NCBI GenBank assembly: GCA_028824555.1
Contig: JAPPDJ010000033.1
Coordinates: 25,372-89,371, forward strand
Direction: 5' to 3'
Source of the DNA: Gammaproteobacteria bacterium
GTDB taxonomy: Bacteria; Pseudomonadota; Gammaproteobacteria; Pseudomonadales; Azotimanducaceae
Length of the DNA stretch: 64,000 nt
The position numbers and the translations under genes are program-made. Of the stretch, positions 1 to 9,731 are shown piece after piece; position 1 is the stretch's first letter; every line of letters starts with the position of its first letter. A model generated the notes under the pieces. That model ran no database searches. It was given only the letters and a program-made list of their open reading frames with translations, and was not told the origin of the DNA.

Positions 1-100
1 GCCGAGCATGGAACGCGACTTGCGGCGCTTCCTGAAGGCGCACGGGCGGGTAAATCGGGGTATGGTTTGTGCCTTTCGTGCCGACGGGGCGAGGACATGA
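1..100 (+). CDS. Possible 3' end of an upstream gene, partial at the window edge
   Basis: Frame 2 is open from nt 2 and stops at TGA 98-100. This overlaps ATG 97-99 of the next gene as ATGA. No recognisable motif. Confidence 0.25.
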   Translation, partial: PSMERDLRRFLKAHGRVNRGMVCAFRADGART

Positions 101-1029
101 CCGCGACAATGGTGGAGGGCCTGGTGCAGCCGCCCTGCGACACTTCCATGTTGGGAGTGGTGAAGGGCGCGATGGATCACTTGGGCGTCGAAAGCAGCTT
201 CGCCGAGACGTTCTTCCTCTCGGGCCATGCTTTCCTCATCAACATCCACGACGAGATCTGCCCGAGCGGACCGTATGTGTGGAACTGGGATGAGTTCTTC
301 CGCCTTCTGCCCAACGCCGGCATCCGCATGACCGAGCTGGCGATGCTCGTGCCCGCAGCCAGCGCTTCGGAGCGTTCCGAGGTGGAGGCGCAGGTGCGTG
401 CAGCGATTGCCGAGGGTGCCGTCTGCTCGCTGGTGCACCTCGATCACCAGTTGGTTCTTGGCCACGACGACGAAGGTTTTGTGTTGGCGCAGCCTTGGCC
501 CGGAATGGAAAGCACGCCGGCACGGCTCACCTACGGCACGTGGGCAGAGTGTCAGAACGGCCCACCCGTCGCGTTCTTCCGGCTCGATGCGTGCGAGCCG
601 CCGTCGGCACAGCCCGCCCTGGATGCGCTCGCCTACGCCGTCGATCTCTGGGAGCACCCGGAACGACACACGAACCCGCCCTACGCTGCCGGCGACGGCG
701 CCTATGCCAAGTGGCTGGCCGCCATCGACCAAGGCCCCAAAGACGTGCATGGAAACTGGTGGAACGCCTCGGTCTGGGCCGAATGCCGGCAACACGCAGC
801 CGGCTACTTCGCCTCTCTCGCAAATGCGGCCAATGGCGAGAGCCCAATCTCGCCGGAAGATGCCGGTTGGTTGGCAGACCGGTATCAGAAGCTCACGCAC
901 CTCTTCCGGCTGGCGTCGGACCGAGAGTCGTCAGCCGCCGAAAAACGCCGTCACATTGCCGAAGCACGGGAGTTGGATCGCGCCTGCATGCAGCGCATTG
1001 CCGCACAAATCGAGGAAGCGGCGGCGTGA
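97..1029 (+). CDS. Hypothetical protein (310 aa), first gene of a coupled operon
   Basis: ATG at 97 (MTATMVEG...) within track ORF 67..1029. Its stop overlaps the GTG start of the next gene. A BtrH-N/DUF4872-like fold is only a guess. Confidence 0.55.
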   Translation: MTATMVEGLVQPPCDTSMLGVVKGAMDHLGVESSFAETFFLSGHAFLINIHDEICPSGPYVWNWDEFFRLLPNAGIRMTELAMLVPAASASERSEVEAQVRAAIAEGAVCSLVHLDHQLVLGHDDEGFVLAQPWPGMESTPARLTYGTWAECQNGPPVAFFRLDACEPPSAQPALDALAYAVDLWEHPERHTNPPYAAGDGAYAKWLAAIDQGPKDVHGNWWNASVWAECRQHAAGYFASLANAANGESPISPEDAGWLADRYQKLTHLFRLASDRESSAAEKRRHIAEARELDRACMQRIAAQIEEAAA

Positions 1030-2093
1030 GCGGTACGCACAGCTTCGATCCCGACTTCCGCATCGACTGGTATCGCAGCCCCATCGACCGGGAAGTCCTG
1101 ACGGAACTCATGCAGCGCAACGACCTGCGCGGTTGGCTGCAGACCATCTGCCACTTGGGGCTTTTCTTCGTCACCGTCGCCCTGGCAAGCCTCGCCTACC
1201 TCAACATCGATGCCTCGAACTGGCCTTGGGCCCTTCCGCTTCTGATCGTCGCCCTCTTCGCCCACGGCACCATCGGCCCCTTCATGGGGTTGATTGCCGT
1301 CCACGAGTTGCAGCACCGCACCGTGTTCCGCTCGCGACGCCTCAACGCCTTCTTCGAGAAGGTGTACGCCTTCATTAGCTGGTCGGACTACATCTGGTAT
1401 CAGGAAAGCCATGCAATCCACCATCAAGCCACCTGCCATGCGGCGCACGATGGCGAAGTGCTGCTGCCGGTGCGCTTCAGCCTGCGCCGCTGGCGAGTGT
1501 GGCTGGGCCTCTTGGCCTGGAATCCGAACAACACCTGGCAGCGGCTCAAGCTCGTCTGGCGCCATGCGCGCGGCGAGGTGCGTGGCGACTGGTATGGCCA
1601 CGTGTTGCCGGAGTCGGACAAGGCGCTTCGCCACCGCCACCGCAACTGGGCCCGCACTCTGCTAATAGGCCACGGCGTTCTGGCGCTGGCGTTCATCCTC
1701 ACCGGCAACTGGTTTTTGATCGTGGTGTTCACCATCGGCACGCAATACTGCGGCTGGCTCGGATTCCTCTGCGGCGTGCCGCAGCACTATGGACTCAATT
1801 CCGACATCCCCGACTTCCGCATGAACACCCGCACCTTCACCTGCTCCTGGCTGCCGGCGTTCTACTACTGGAACATGCAATATCACCTGGAACACCACAT
1901 GTATCCCGCAGTGCCCTTCTACAACCTGCCGAAGCTGCGCAAGGCGATCGAACAGGACCTGCCGCCGGCAACCCACGGCCTCCTCGCCACCTGGCGCGAG
2001 ATGCTCGCGCTGCGCAGGAACTTCCTTGCCGATCCGAGCTACCGCTACGCGCCGGCCATACCGAGGCCCGGCGCGTCGATGAACCCCGCCTGA
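1026..2093 (+). CDS. Membrane fatty-acid desaturase/hydroxylase family protein
   Basis: In-frame GTG at 1026 overlaps the upstream TGA (GTGA). Three His boxes: HELQH, HAIHH, HLEHH. Hydrophobic segments lie between them. Confidence 0.85.
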   Translation: MSGTHSFDPDFRIDWYRSPIDREVLTELMQRNDLRGWLQTICHLGLFFVTVALASLAYLNIDASNWPWALPLLIVALFAHGTIGPFMGLIAVHELQHRTVFRSRRLNAFFEKVYAFISWSDYIWYQESHAIHHQATCHAAHDGEVLLPVRFSLRRWRVWLGLLAWNPNNTWQRLKLVWRHARGEVRGDWYGHVLPESDKALRHRHRNWARTLLIGHGVLALAFILTGNWFLIVVFTIGTQYCGWLGFLCGVPQHYGLNSDIPDFRMNTRTFTCSWLPAFYYWNMQYHLEHHMYPAVPFYNLPKLRKAIEQDLPPATHGLLATWREMLALRRNFLADPSYRYAPAIPRPGASMNPA

Positions 2094-2117
2094 GCGATCA
2101 CCAGCAAGGAGTCAGCC

Positions 2118-3326
2118 ATGAACGCACCCGCCACGTCGCTCGCGGACCTCGATCCATCCGACCCCACGCTGCAGGCGGAGGACACCTGGCGTCCGGTATT
2201 CGAGCGCCTGCGCGCTGAAGCGCCCCTTCAGTACACCGCGGACACGGAGCTGTTTGGTTCCTTCTGGTCCGTGACGCGCTATCAGGACATCCGCTACGTC
2301 GACACCCACCACGAACTGTTCTCATCGGAAACCGGCATCGTGATTGGAGATCAGGCCGAGGACTTCGAACTGCCCATGTTCATCGCCATGGATCCACCCA
2401 AGCACGACGAGCAGCGCAAGGTCGTGAGTCCGGTGGTTGCGCCGATGAACCTGAAGGTGCTGGAAAGCACCATCCGCAGCCGGGCTTGCGCGATTCTCGA
2501 CGAATTGCCACGGGGCGAGACGTTCAATTGGGTCGAGCGGGTATCCATCGAGCTGACGACGCAGATGCTCGCGACGCTGTTCGACTTCCCGTTCGAGGAA
2601 CGCAGACGCCTGACGCGATGGTCCGACGTTGCCACGGCACGCCCCGGCATGGGCATCGTTGAAACGGAGGAACAGCGCCGAGAGGAACTCTACGAGTGTC
2701 TTGCCTGCTTCACGGACCTGTGGAACCAGCGCGTGAATGCCCCGCCCGGCAACGACCTCATCTCCATGCTGGCGCACGGCGAGGCGACCCAGAACATGTC
2801 GTCGCAGGAATACCTCGGCAACCTGCTTCTGCTGATCGTCGGCGGCAATGACACCACGCGCAACTCCATCTCCGGCGGCGTGCTGGCATTCAACCGATTC
2901 CCGGACGAGCTCGCGAAGCTGCGCGCCAATCCCAAGCTTCTCCCGAACGCGGTGTCGGAGATCATCCGCTGGCAGACGCCTCTCGCGCACATGAGACGCC
3001 GGGCAACCCAGGACATCGAGATGCACGGCCAAACCATCCGCAAGGGCGACAAGGTGGTGATGTGGTACATCTCCGGCAACCGGGACGAGGATGTCTGGGA
3101 GCGCCCCGACGACCTCATGATCGAACGCGCCAACGCCCGCGCCCACCTCGCCTTCGGCTTCGGCATCCACCGTTGCATGGGCAACCGCCTCGCCGAGATG
3201 CAGCTCCGCATCGTCTGGGAGGAGATCCTGCGCAGATTCGAGACGATCGAGGTCGTCGGCGAGCCGGTGCGCGTGCGCTCGAACTTCGTGCGCGGCTATT
3301 CGGAACTGCCCGTGCGCGTCACGTAA
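2118..3326 (+). CDS. Cytochrome P450
   Basis: 402-aa ORF with AAGGAG RBS at 2106-2111. Heme-thiolate loop FGFGIHRCMGNRLA, ExxR-like EIIRW, I-helix GGNDTT. Confidence 0.9.
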   Translation: MNAPATSLADLDPSDPTLQAEDTWRPVFERLRAEAPLQYTADTELFGSFWSVTRYQDIRYVDTHHELFSSETGIVIGDQAEDFELPMFIAMDPPKHDEQRKVVSPVVAPMNLKVLESTIRSRACAILDELPRGETFNWVERVSIELTTQMLATLFDFPFEERRRLTRWSDVATARPGMGIVETEEQRREELYECLACFTDLWNQRVNAPPGNDLISMLAHGEATQNMSSQEYLGNLLLLIVGGNDTTRNSISGGVLAFNRFPDELAKLRANPKLLPNAVSEIIRWQTPLAHMRRRATQDIEMHGQTIRKGDKVVMWYISGNRDEDVWERPDDLMIERANARAHLAFGFGIHRCMGNRLAEMQLRIVWEEILRRFETIEVVGEPVRVRSNFVRGYSELPVRVT

Positions 3327-3958
3327 TGCCCCAGGAAACCAGCGATTCGGAGCGGCCCGCGAGAATTCCGCACCGCTTCCACAGCATGGAATACGTTGCC
3401 AAGTGGGCGCACGACGTCGGCAATCCCGTGCGCGAGAGCGTCTTCCACCACATCCTCGCCCAGCTTGTGTTGCTGGACGACGAGTCGCCTCACATCGTCG
3501 AGTTGGCATCGGGCCCAGGCATCCTGGCCGAGTTCCTGCTCGAACGCCTGCCCAACGCCACCTACGAAGGCATGGACTACTCCGAGCCGATGCTGACGTT
3601 GGCGCGGGAACGCACCGAACGCTTCGGCGAGCGCGTGCACCTGCATCAGGTGGACTTGCGCGACGACGACTGGCCGAGAGCCGCTCGGCGGCGTCCGCAA
3701 GCGTTGATCTCGATGCAAGCGCTGCACGACGTCGGCGACGAGCCGGAACACGAGGCCATCTACGCGGCCGCCAAGCAACTCATCCACTCGCCGGGGCTGT
3801 TCCTGAACGCCGACCTCGTGCGCCAATCCGGCAAAGGCCCGACCCGCATTCCCCTCAGCCGCCACCTGACGATGCTGTCTGCGGCGGGATTCGACGACGT
3901 GGAATCTTCCCTGACGATTGGCGCCTACGCCTGCATCAAGGGCGTCACCGCCGCATAG
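3326..3958 (+). CDS. Class I SAM-dependent methyltransferase
   Basis: ATG 3326 overlaps the P450 TAA (TAATG). Motif I-like VELASGPGILAEFLL. Confidence 0.75.
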   Translation: MPQETSDSERPARIPHRFHSMEYVAKWAHDVGNPVRESVFHHILAQLVLLDDESPHIVELASGPGILAEFLLERLPNATYEGMDYSEPMLTLARERTERFGERVHLHQVDLRDDDWPRAARRRPQALISMQALHDVGDEPEHEAIYAAAKQLIHSPGLFLNADLVRQSGKGPTRIPLSRHLTMLSAAGFDDVESSLTIGAYACIKGVTAA

Positions 3959-3986
3959 TGCGCCGCCCGAAGTCCGACAGACTCGC

Positions 3987-4055
3987 AGGGGACGGGCTTG
4001 TCCGTCCCGTGTTGGACGCTTGCGACGGGCTCGGCACGGGACAAGCCCGTCCCCT
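3987..4055. repeat. Long imperfect palindrome between convergent genes (possible bidirectional terminator or REP-like element)
   Basis: AGGGGACGGGCTTGTCC (3987-4003) is the exact reverse complement of GGACAAGCCCGTCCCCT (4039-4055). The stem extends with a 4-nt bulge. No U-tract. Confidence 0.5.
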
Positions 4056-4163
4056 ACGGTCCATCCATGTTCCTTGCGCGTCGACGACCCGTCGTCCTCG
4101 GCGAGGAAACTCGGTTGACTTGAGGGGACCGAGAATCGGCTCCATCGGTAGGACCACAACCTC

Positions 4164-5333
4164 CTAAAACCGCTCAGACCTTCCGAGCACGCTGATGGCG
4201 TGCTTGAGGTGGAGGGCCAGCTCAAGGTCGTCGATGGCCACGGCTTCGGCCTTGCGGGTTTCGAGGTCTGCAAGCTTCGCGGCGAAGGCTGCTTCGTCAC
4301 GCGGCGCGAAGGTTGGGCCGTCCGTGGCGGCGTCCATATCGTGGCCGTGGGCGCCGGGCACGAGGACGTCGAAGTCCTCCTTGAGTACCGAGTCGGCTGG
4401 GGCCTGGCATTCGGCCACGTAGTTGAGGGCGCCGGCGGGTTGGCGGTAGCCGATCAGGCGTTGCAGGGATTCGGATAGTTCGCGAGCCAAGTGTGGTGGG
4501 CAAGCGAGGAGCTGGTTCTCTTCTTGCGCGAGGAAGGCAAGGGCGTAGTTGATGTTCATGCCGATGCGGCGCTCGGTCGAGGTGTTGGTGCCGGCGCCGT
4601 GTACGGACCATCCGGTCCAGATCAGCGCGCTGCCTTGCTGCATCTCGGCCTGGATGGTCGGTTCGCGGTGTGCCTTTGGGCCGCCCCGGGGCTGGTCCCT
4701 GTGGCTGCCGAGGACAATGTGGGTGGCGCCGTTCTCCCGGGTGAAGGGGGACAGCGCCCACATCACCTCCATCTGTGGATCGAGGCTGGCCTGTTCGAAG
4801 TTGTGAAGCCACATGCCGTTGGCGCGATGCATCTTCAGGTGGTGGGGCATGGCGTCGGTGCCGCCGCCGGGGCCCACGTCGATGATCTGGGTGAGATGTA
4901 GCTGCCAGGGGTAGCGGAAGCCCCTTTCGCCCTTGCCCGTGCGGTCGCCGATGCGCACCGCATCGCCCGAGAGACGCTGCTCGCCGAGTACAGATTGCGC
5001 CAGGCGGAGAATCGCGGGGTGGGCGACGAAGCGGTGGCTGGTGGGCGAACGCGCCACCAGCGCGCCGACCCGGCGCGTGCCGCCGAGCCCGTGCAGGCCG
5101 TGCGGGGTGGCGTCAATGTAGGGGCGCATCTCGCCCACGAGTTGCTCGCAGTCTGCGGCCGGGAGGGCGTTCTCGATGACCACGAACCCGTGTCGATCGA
5201 GCGCTTCGAGAACATCTGCGTCGAACTCGGCTTCGCTGCCGGCTCTGGCTGCGGCGGCGTAGTCGAAGCACTTGAGCTCGTGCTCGCCGAAAGCGTTCTG
5301 GACGACAGCCACCGTGGAGTGCTGCATGGTCAT
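4164..5333 (-). CDS. Phytanoyl-CoA dioxygenase (PhyH)-like Fe(II)/2OG oxygenase family protein
   Basis: ATG at 5333 (MTMQHST...) overlaps the acylase stop (ATGA). N-terminus LEALDRHGFVVIENALPAADCEQL is typical of PhyH. The upstream part of track ORF 4164..5687 is Arg/Pro-rich shadow. Confidence 0.6.
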   Translation of the reverse strand: MTMQHSTVAVVQNAFGEHELKCFDYAAAARAGSEAEFDADVLEALDRHGFVVIENALPAADCEQLVGEMRPYIDATPHGLHGLGGTRRVGALVARSPTSHRFVAHPAILRLAQSVLGEQRLSGDAVRIGDRTGKGERGFRYPWQLHLTQIIDVGPGGGTDAMPHHLKMHRANGMWLHNFEQASLDPQMEVMWALSPFTRENGATHIVLGSHRDQPRGGPKAHREPTIQAEMQQGSALIWTGWSVHGAGTNTSTERRIGMNINYALAFLAQEENQLLACPPHLARELSESLQRLIGYRQPAGALNYVAECQAPADSVLKEDFDVLVPGAHGHDMDAATDGPTFAPRDEAAFAAKLADLETRKAEAVAIDDLELALHLKHAISVLGRSERF

Positions 5334-7603
5334 TCGACCCGCCACGTTTCCTCGATGCGAAGCTCGTCGCGGAGGAGGCTGACGGTGTGGTGTTCGCCCT
5401 TGAGCCACGTGGAGAAGTGATCCGTGACGTGCTTGCTCCCCGGTCGGCCGCTGTTGCCGGAGGCGATGACGAAACGGCAGTGGTCGGGGTCCGCGAGGTC
5501 CACCACGAGCCGGAACGCGGGGCCGTGGAAGACCCGTTGCGGCACTCGATCCGCGCCGGATTCTCGACCCGGCCCCTTCCCCATGTGAACCGCCATCGCC
5601 AATGTTGTCGGGCTGCCGCCCAAGGGTTCGGGCCCCACCTGCATCGCCTGCCACCGTTCGCGCTTGCTCAGCGTGTGCCAGAAGCACACCTGGTGCATGT
5701 CGCCGAAGCGCCAGCGCGACGGATCGCCGAACTGCTTCTCCAATGCCTCGTGCACTTGCAGGAACGTGCGCCGGATCGCGCGCCCCACTTCGTCAACATC
5801 CCACAGCGGTGCCGGGTATCGACTCGGCTCGACTTTGTTCAGGTTCGGCGCCGCCAGAGGCTGTGCGATGAAGTCCTCGCCAACGTTCTGGGCCAGGAAT
5901 CTGCAGTGCCACATGCGGTCGAGGAAGGTGTAGTAGATGGCGGCGGCCTGGGACTCGGATGCGGCGCGCAAGTCCCATGCGGCAAGCGATGTGTGCAGGA
6001 ATTCCAGCCGGGCGTCACCTGCGCCGGCAAGGAAAGGCAGGAGTTCCGGCACGAGGGCTTGGGCGCGCAGGTCCTTGAGGTCGGCCTGCATGGCCTCGAA
6101 GTCGGCGGCGGTTAGGCCGGTTCGATCACCCACCAGCTCCGTCACGCGATCTGCCCTCGCGCTCGCCGCCGCGAAGGTATGCACCGGGAACGGGAAGCTG
6201 TCGCCGAGCGTGTCGTTGTTGGCGGTCACCGAAAAGCCGCTCGGCGGGTCGATTTCCACCGTGAGCTCGGCCGCGGTGGTTGCCTCGAAATCCCAGCGTG
6301 CGTCCCAACCAGCCAGCGGGACGACGCCGGTCACATCCACGCGCTTGGGGAAGGTCGCGACGATGAAGCGCCGCAGCGAGTCGTGACGATCCACGGCGAT
6401 GATATTGTTCACGAGCGGCGAGACATCGCCCTCGAACAGCGTCTCGCCGAACTCCTCGGTGTTGGTAGCCAGAGGAAGGCGAGCCAGCGTGCCGGCGGAC
6501 GTGGCCTGGTGCCCCAAGGCCCAGCGCACCGATGTTCGATAGCGTCCTTCCGGCGCTTCGCGCATGCCGAGCTGGTGGGTGAGCGGCTCGAGCAACGGCC
6601 CGTGCGTGCCGCACGCCACCTCGAAGTCGCGGTTTTGCCCTCCGCGCACGGCGATGGACTCGGTTCGGGTCTGAATGGGCTGCCAGCCATCCGGTGTGCG
6701 GATGCGATCGCCGTCCACTTCTTCGATGTACACGTCGTAGTTGTCGATCATGCCGGTGGTGAGCCCCCAGGCCACGTCCCGCGTGTAGCCCATCATGAAA
6801 TACGGCACGCCCGGAAAGCTGGCCCCGAACACGTCCCATCCCGGTGCGTGCAGATGGACGTAGAAGAAGGTGTTTGGGATGGAGTGGGGCTGGTGCGGGT
6901 CCGTCGCCAGCATGGGCTTGCCGGAGGCGGTTCGCGCCCCGGTAACGGCCCAGTTGTTGCTGCCGCTCGGGGCATTCGCTTGTGGTCCCACCTTGGCACC
7001 GATGTTGACGAGGGCGATGGGGGTTAGGTCCAGTTCCTTGAGCTGCGGCTCAAGTCGCCGAACTTCCTCGGCGTCATGCTCGGAGAATCTCGGCGCGTGG
7101 CCGCGGAAGCGCTCGATGCCGTGGCGGGCCATGATGCGTCCCAGGAACATCTTTTCCGGCCAGCTTCGTGCCTGGAACCAACTCGTGAAGCGATAGCGCG
7201 AGGCGATGTCGGCGCGGGTGAAGGGACGCGGCTCGGCGTCGATGCCGGCAAACTCCGGGGGTACCTCGTCCAAGGCGGCGATGCAAGCGTTCAGGCCGTC
7301 GAGGTAGGCATCGACGATCGGGTCGCCTTCGCTCTCGGGGATGCCGAGACGCGCCGCGGGAACGTCGAACGCGCGGTGCAGGAGGTCCTGCGCCACGAAC
7401 CGCTCCCCCATCACCGCCGCGGCGTTGCCGTTGGCATAAAGGCACGACAGGTGAATCTGCCAAAGCCGCTCGTGCCCCTCCACATAGCCCATGCCCCGAA
7501 ACGCATCGGCCACGGTGGACGCATATACGTGCGGAATGCCGAGATCGTCCCAGCAAATCTCGAAGGTGCCGTCGCAGTCCGGAATGTTGAGTTTGCGGTT
7601 CAT
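5330..7603 (-). CDS. Penicillin/AHL acylase family Ntn-hydrolase
   Basis: About 757 aa from ATG 7603 (alternative GTG 7645). Candidate beta-subunit nucleophile motif GSNNWAV. No obvious signal peptide at either start. Confidence 0.85.
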   Translation of the reverse strand: MNRKLNIPDCDGTFEICWDDLGIPHVYASTVADAFRGMGYVEGHERLWQIHLSCLYANGNAAAVMGERFVAQDLLHRAFDVPAARLGIPESEGDPIVDAYLDGLNACIAALDEVPPEFAGIDAEPRPFTRADIASRYRFTSWFQARSWPEKMFLGRIMARHGIERFRGHAPRFSEHDAEEVRRLEPQLKELDLTPIALVNIGAKVGPQANAPSGSNNWAVTGARTASGKPMLATDPHQPHSIPNTFFYVHLHAPGWDVFGASFPGVPYFMMGYTRDVAWGLTTGMIDNYDVYIEEVDGDRIRTPDGWQPIQTRTESIAVRGGQNRDFEVACGTHGPLLEPLTHQLGMREAPEGRYRTSVRWALGHQATSAGTLARLPLATNTEEFGETLFEGDVSPLVNNIIAVDRHDSLRRFIVATFPKRVDVTGVVPLAGWDARWDFEATTAAELTVEIDPPSGFSVTANNDTLGDSFPFPVHTFAAASARADRVTELVGDRTGLTAADFEAMQADLKDLRAQALVPELLPFLAGAGDARLEFLHTSLAAWDLRAASESQAAAIYYTFLDRMWHCRFLAQNVGEDFIAQPLAAPNLNKVEPSRYPAPLWDVDEVGRAIRRTFLQVHEALEKQFGDPSRWRFGDMHQVCFWHTLSKRERWQAMQVGPEPLGGSPTTLAMAVHMGKGPGRESGADRVPQRVFHGPAFRLVVDLADPDHCRFVIASGNSGRPGSKHVTDHFSTWLKGEHHTVSLLRDELRIEETWRVE

Positions 7604-7824
7604 GCTTGGTTGGAAGCTCCGCAGTTGCCAAACGGCACGCGCCACGTCAACGACGCGTTCGTGCCTCCCCTCACGGCCCGCATTCTATGCCGTGTCCCTG
7701 GAATGCCTTGCCCAGGTCGTTTCGCGTTTGCCCGAAATGTTCGCTGCGGAAGGCCGCCTGAATATGGAACATCCGGGTGCGGTCGCGTAGGCTCGTGGCG
7801 ATTTGCTGCAGGGAGGCATGGCCA

Positions 7825-8763
7825 GTGCCGGACAACGACGACGGCGCACGCCGCAACGCGCACCCGGATCTCGCTGCCCTCGCCGGCGGTGTCGCTGTCA
7901 TCACCGGCGGCGCCTCCGGCATCGGCTTGGCGCTGGCGGAACGAGCCATCGCTGGTGCCATGAACCCGGTGCTCGCGGACATCGAAGCTGGTGCGATCGC
8001 CGCTGCAGGGGCGCAACTGGCGGGCGCAGCTTCCGCTGCCGGCGTCGAGGTGCTCGGCCACCCGGTCGATGTATCCGACGAGGCGGCGGTGCTCGGCCTT
8101 GCGGACGCCGTCCGCGAGCGGTTCCCGGACAAGCCCGTGTCCATGCTCTGCTGCAACGCCGGGGTGGGCGGCGGCGGCGCGATCCTGCGCGCCAGCGACA
8201 TCGACTGGGATTTCGTGCTGGGCGTGAACGTCAAGGGCGTCGCCAACTGCGTCCGCGCCTTCGTACCGAGGATGCTGGAAGAGGGTGCGCCCGGGGCCAT
8301 CGTCGCCACATCGTCCCAAGATGGCCTGTGCGCGGCGCAAGGCGTCTATGGCGTGTCGAAGCACGCTTGCGTCGCGATCTGCGAGGCGCTGTACCAGGAG
8401 CTTGGCGGACGGCTGTCGGTACACGTGCTGTGCCCCAACGTGGTCGCGACCAACATCGTCACTTCGGAACGCAACCGGCCGGAGCGATTCGGCGGCCCGC
8501 GCGTGCCCGCAGGCGCGAACCCGGTCGCCGAAGGATTCAAGAAGTTCGGCATGCCGCCTTCGCGCTGCGCCGACTTCGTCTTCGAGGCGATGCAGAGTGG
8601 CACTTTCTACGTCATGGCCGAAGCCGAGGACGATCCCGGCCACATCTACCGCCAGGCCGAGACGCGGATGAAGGGGATCCTCGAGGATGGTCTTCCCTAT
8701 CGGCCGGGGAGCCCGCTCATCGCCAAGGTGTACAACATGGCGCGGGCGACGCAGTCCGAGTAG
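7825..8763 (+). CDS. Short-chain dehydrogenase/reductase (SDR)
   Basis: TGGASGIGLA Rossmann motif and YGVSKHA (YxxxK). GTG 7825 is preceded by GGGAGG (7811-7816). Alternative start 7777. Confidence 0.85.
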   Translation: MPDNDDGARRNAHPDLAALAGGVAVITGGASGIGLALAERAIAGAMNPVLADIEAGAIAAAGAQLAGAASAAGVEVLGHPVDVSDEAAVLGLADAVRERFPDKPVSMLCCNAGVGGGGAILRASDIDWDFVLGVNVKGVANCVRAFVPRMLEEGAPGAIVATSSQDGLCAAQGVYGVSKHACVAICEALYQELGGRLSVHVLCPNVVATNIVTSERNRPERFGGPRVPAGANPVAEGFKKFGMPPSRCADFVFEAMQSGTFYVMAEAEDDPGHIYRQAETRMKGILEDGLPYRPGSPLIAKVYNMARATQSE

Positions 8764-8833
8764 CACCCGTCTGAGCCTTGATGGGCGCGGCGCGTTACCA
8801 TCGATCCATCACAGCAAGGCGGTGAGGCAACCA

Positions 8834-9724
8834 ATGGCCAATGCACAGACCGGCCCAGGGGTCGTTGACACAAGCGACGTAGGCGTCCTGTCCATCGCCA
8901 AGACGACGCTCATCGACACGCGCTTTGCCATGGCCTATGCCGCCGGCATCAATGACGCGAATCCAGCCTATTTCGACGACCTCGCTCCCGGCGGCGTCAA
9001 GGTGCATCCGGGGATCGTGTTCTCGCTGCAATGGCCCAGCCGCTTTCGACCAGACGTGGAGCCGAATCCGCGTGCTGCGCCGTTCGGGGTTCATGCCTCG
9101 ACAGACCTCAGAATCCACCGGCCCTTCCGCACCGGCGAGGCCATCACCACGCAAGGCATGGTCGTCGGTAAACGGCAGATTGGGCCGGGCGTGTACAACG
9201 TGGACCGATACCGGATGACGGCCAGCAATGGAGAGCTGGTCGCAGAGCTCTACTACAACGGCATCACTCGCGGCGCAACGCTCGATGGGCCGGATGCCAT
9301 CATCGACGACGAACCCGCTTGGCCGGCGCTGGCTTCCGCCGGAGACACCGTGCTGTGGCGCGAGGAACTGCCCATCACCCTGCACGCCGCACAGCAGTAC
9401 ACCGAGTGCGCGCGCATCTACAACCCGATCCACACCGAGCCCAGCGTCGCCAAGGCGGCGGGCCTGCCGGCCATCATCCTGCACGGCAGCGCGACGAAGG
9501 CCATCTCCCTCAGCGCCGTCATCAACCGCTGCTTCGGCGACGATCCAGCCCGCATCACGCGACTCTGCGGCCAACTGCGGGCGATGGTGCTGATGAACAC
9601 GACCATTGCCGTGGAGGGGATGGCTGAGGAAATCGTCGATGGAGAGAAGCGGGTGTTGTTTCGGACGGTGACGGAGGATGGCCAAAGAGCCGTCAGCAAC
9701 GGCATCGTCTGCGGCCACGCATAG
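8834..9724 (+). CDS. MaoC-like (hot-dog fold) dehydratase family protein
   Basis: ATG 8834 (MANAQ...). Hydratase-like motif IYNPIHTEPSVAKAAGLPAIILHG. Confidence 0.65.
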   Translation: MANAQTGPGVVDTSDVGVLSIAKTTLIDTRFAMAYAAGINDANPAYFDDLAPGGVKVHPGIVFSLQWPSRFRPDVEPNPRAAPFGVHASTDLRIHRPFRTGEAITTQGMVVGKRQIGPGVYNVDRYRMTASNGELVAELYYNGITRGATLDGPDAIIDDEPAWPALASAGDTVLWREELPITLHAAQQYTECARIYNPIHTEPSVAKAAGLPAIILHGSATKAISLSAVINRCFGDDPARITRLCGQLRAMVLMNTTIAVEGMAEEIVDGEKRVLFRTVTEDGQRAVSNGIVCGHA

Positions 9725-9731
9725 GAACGCC

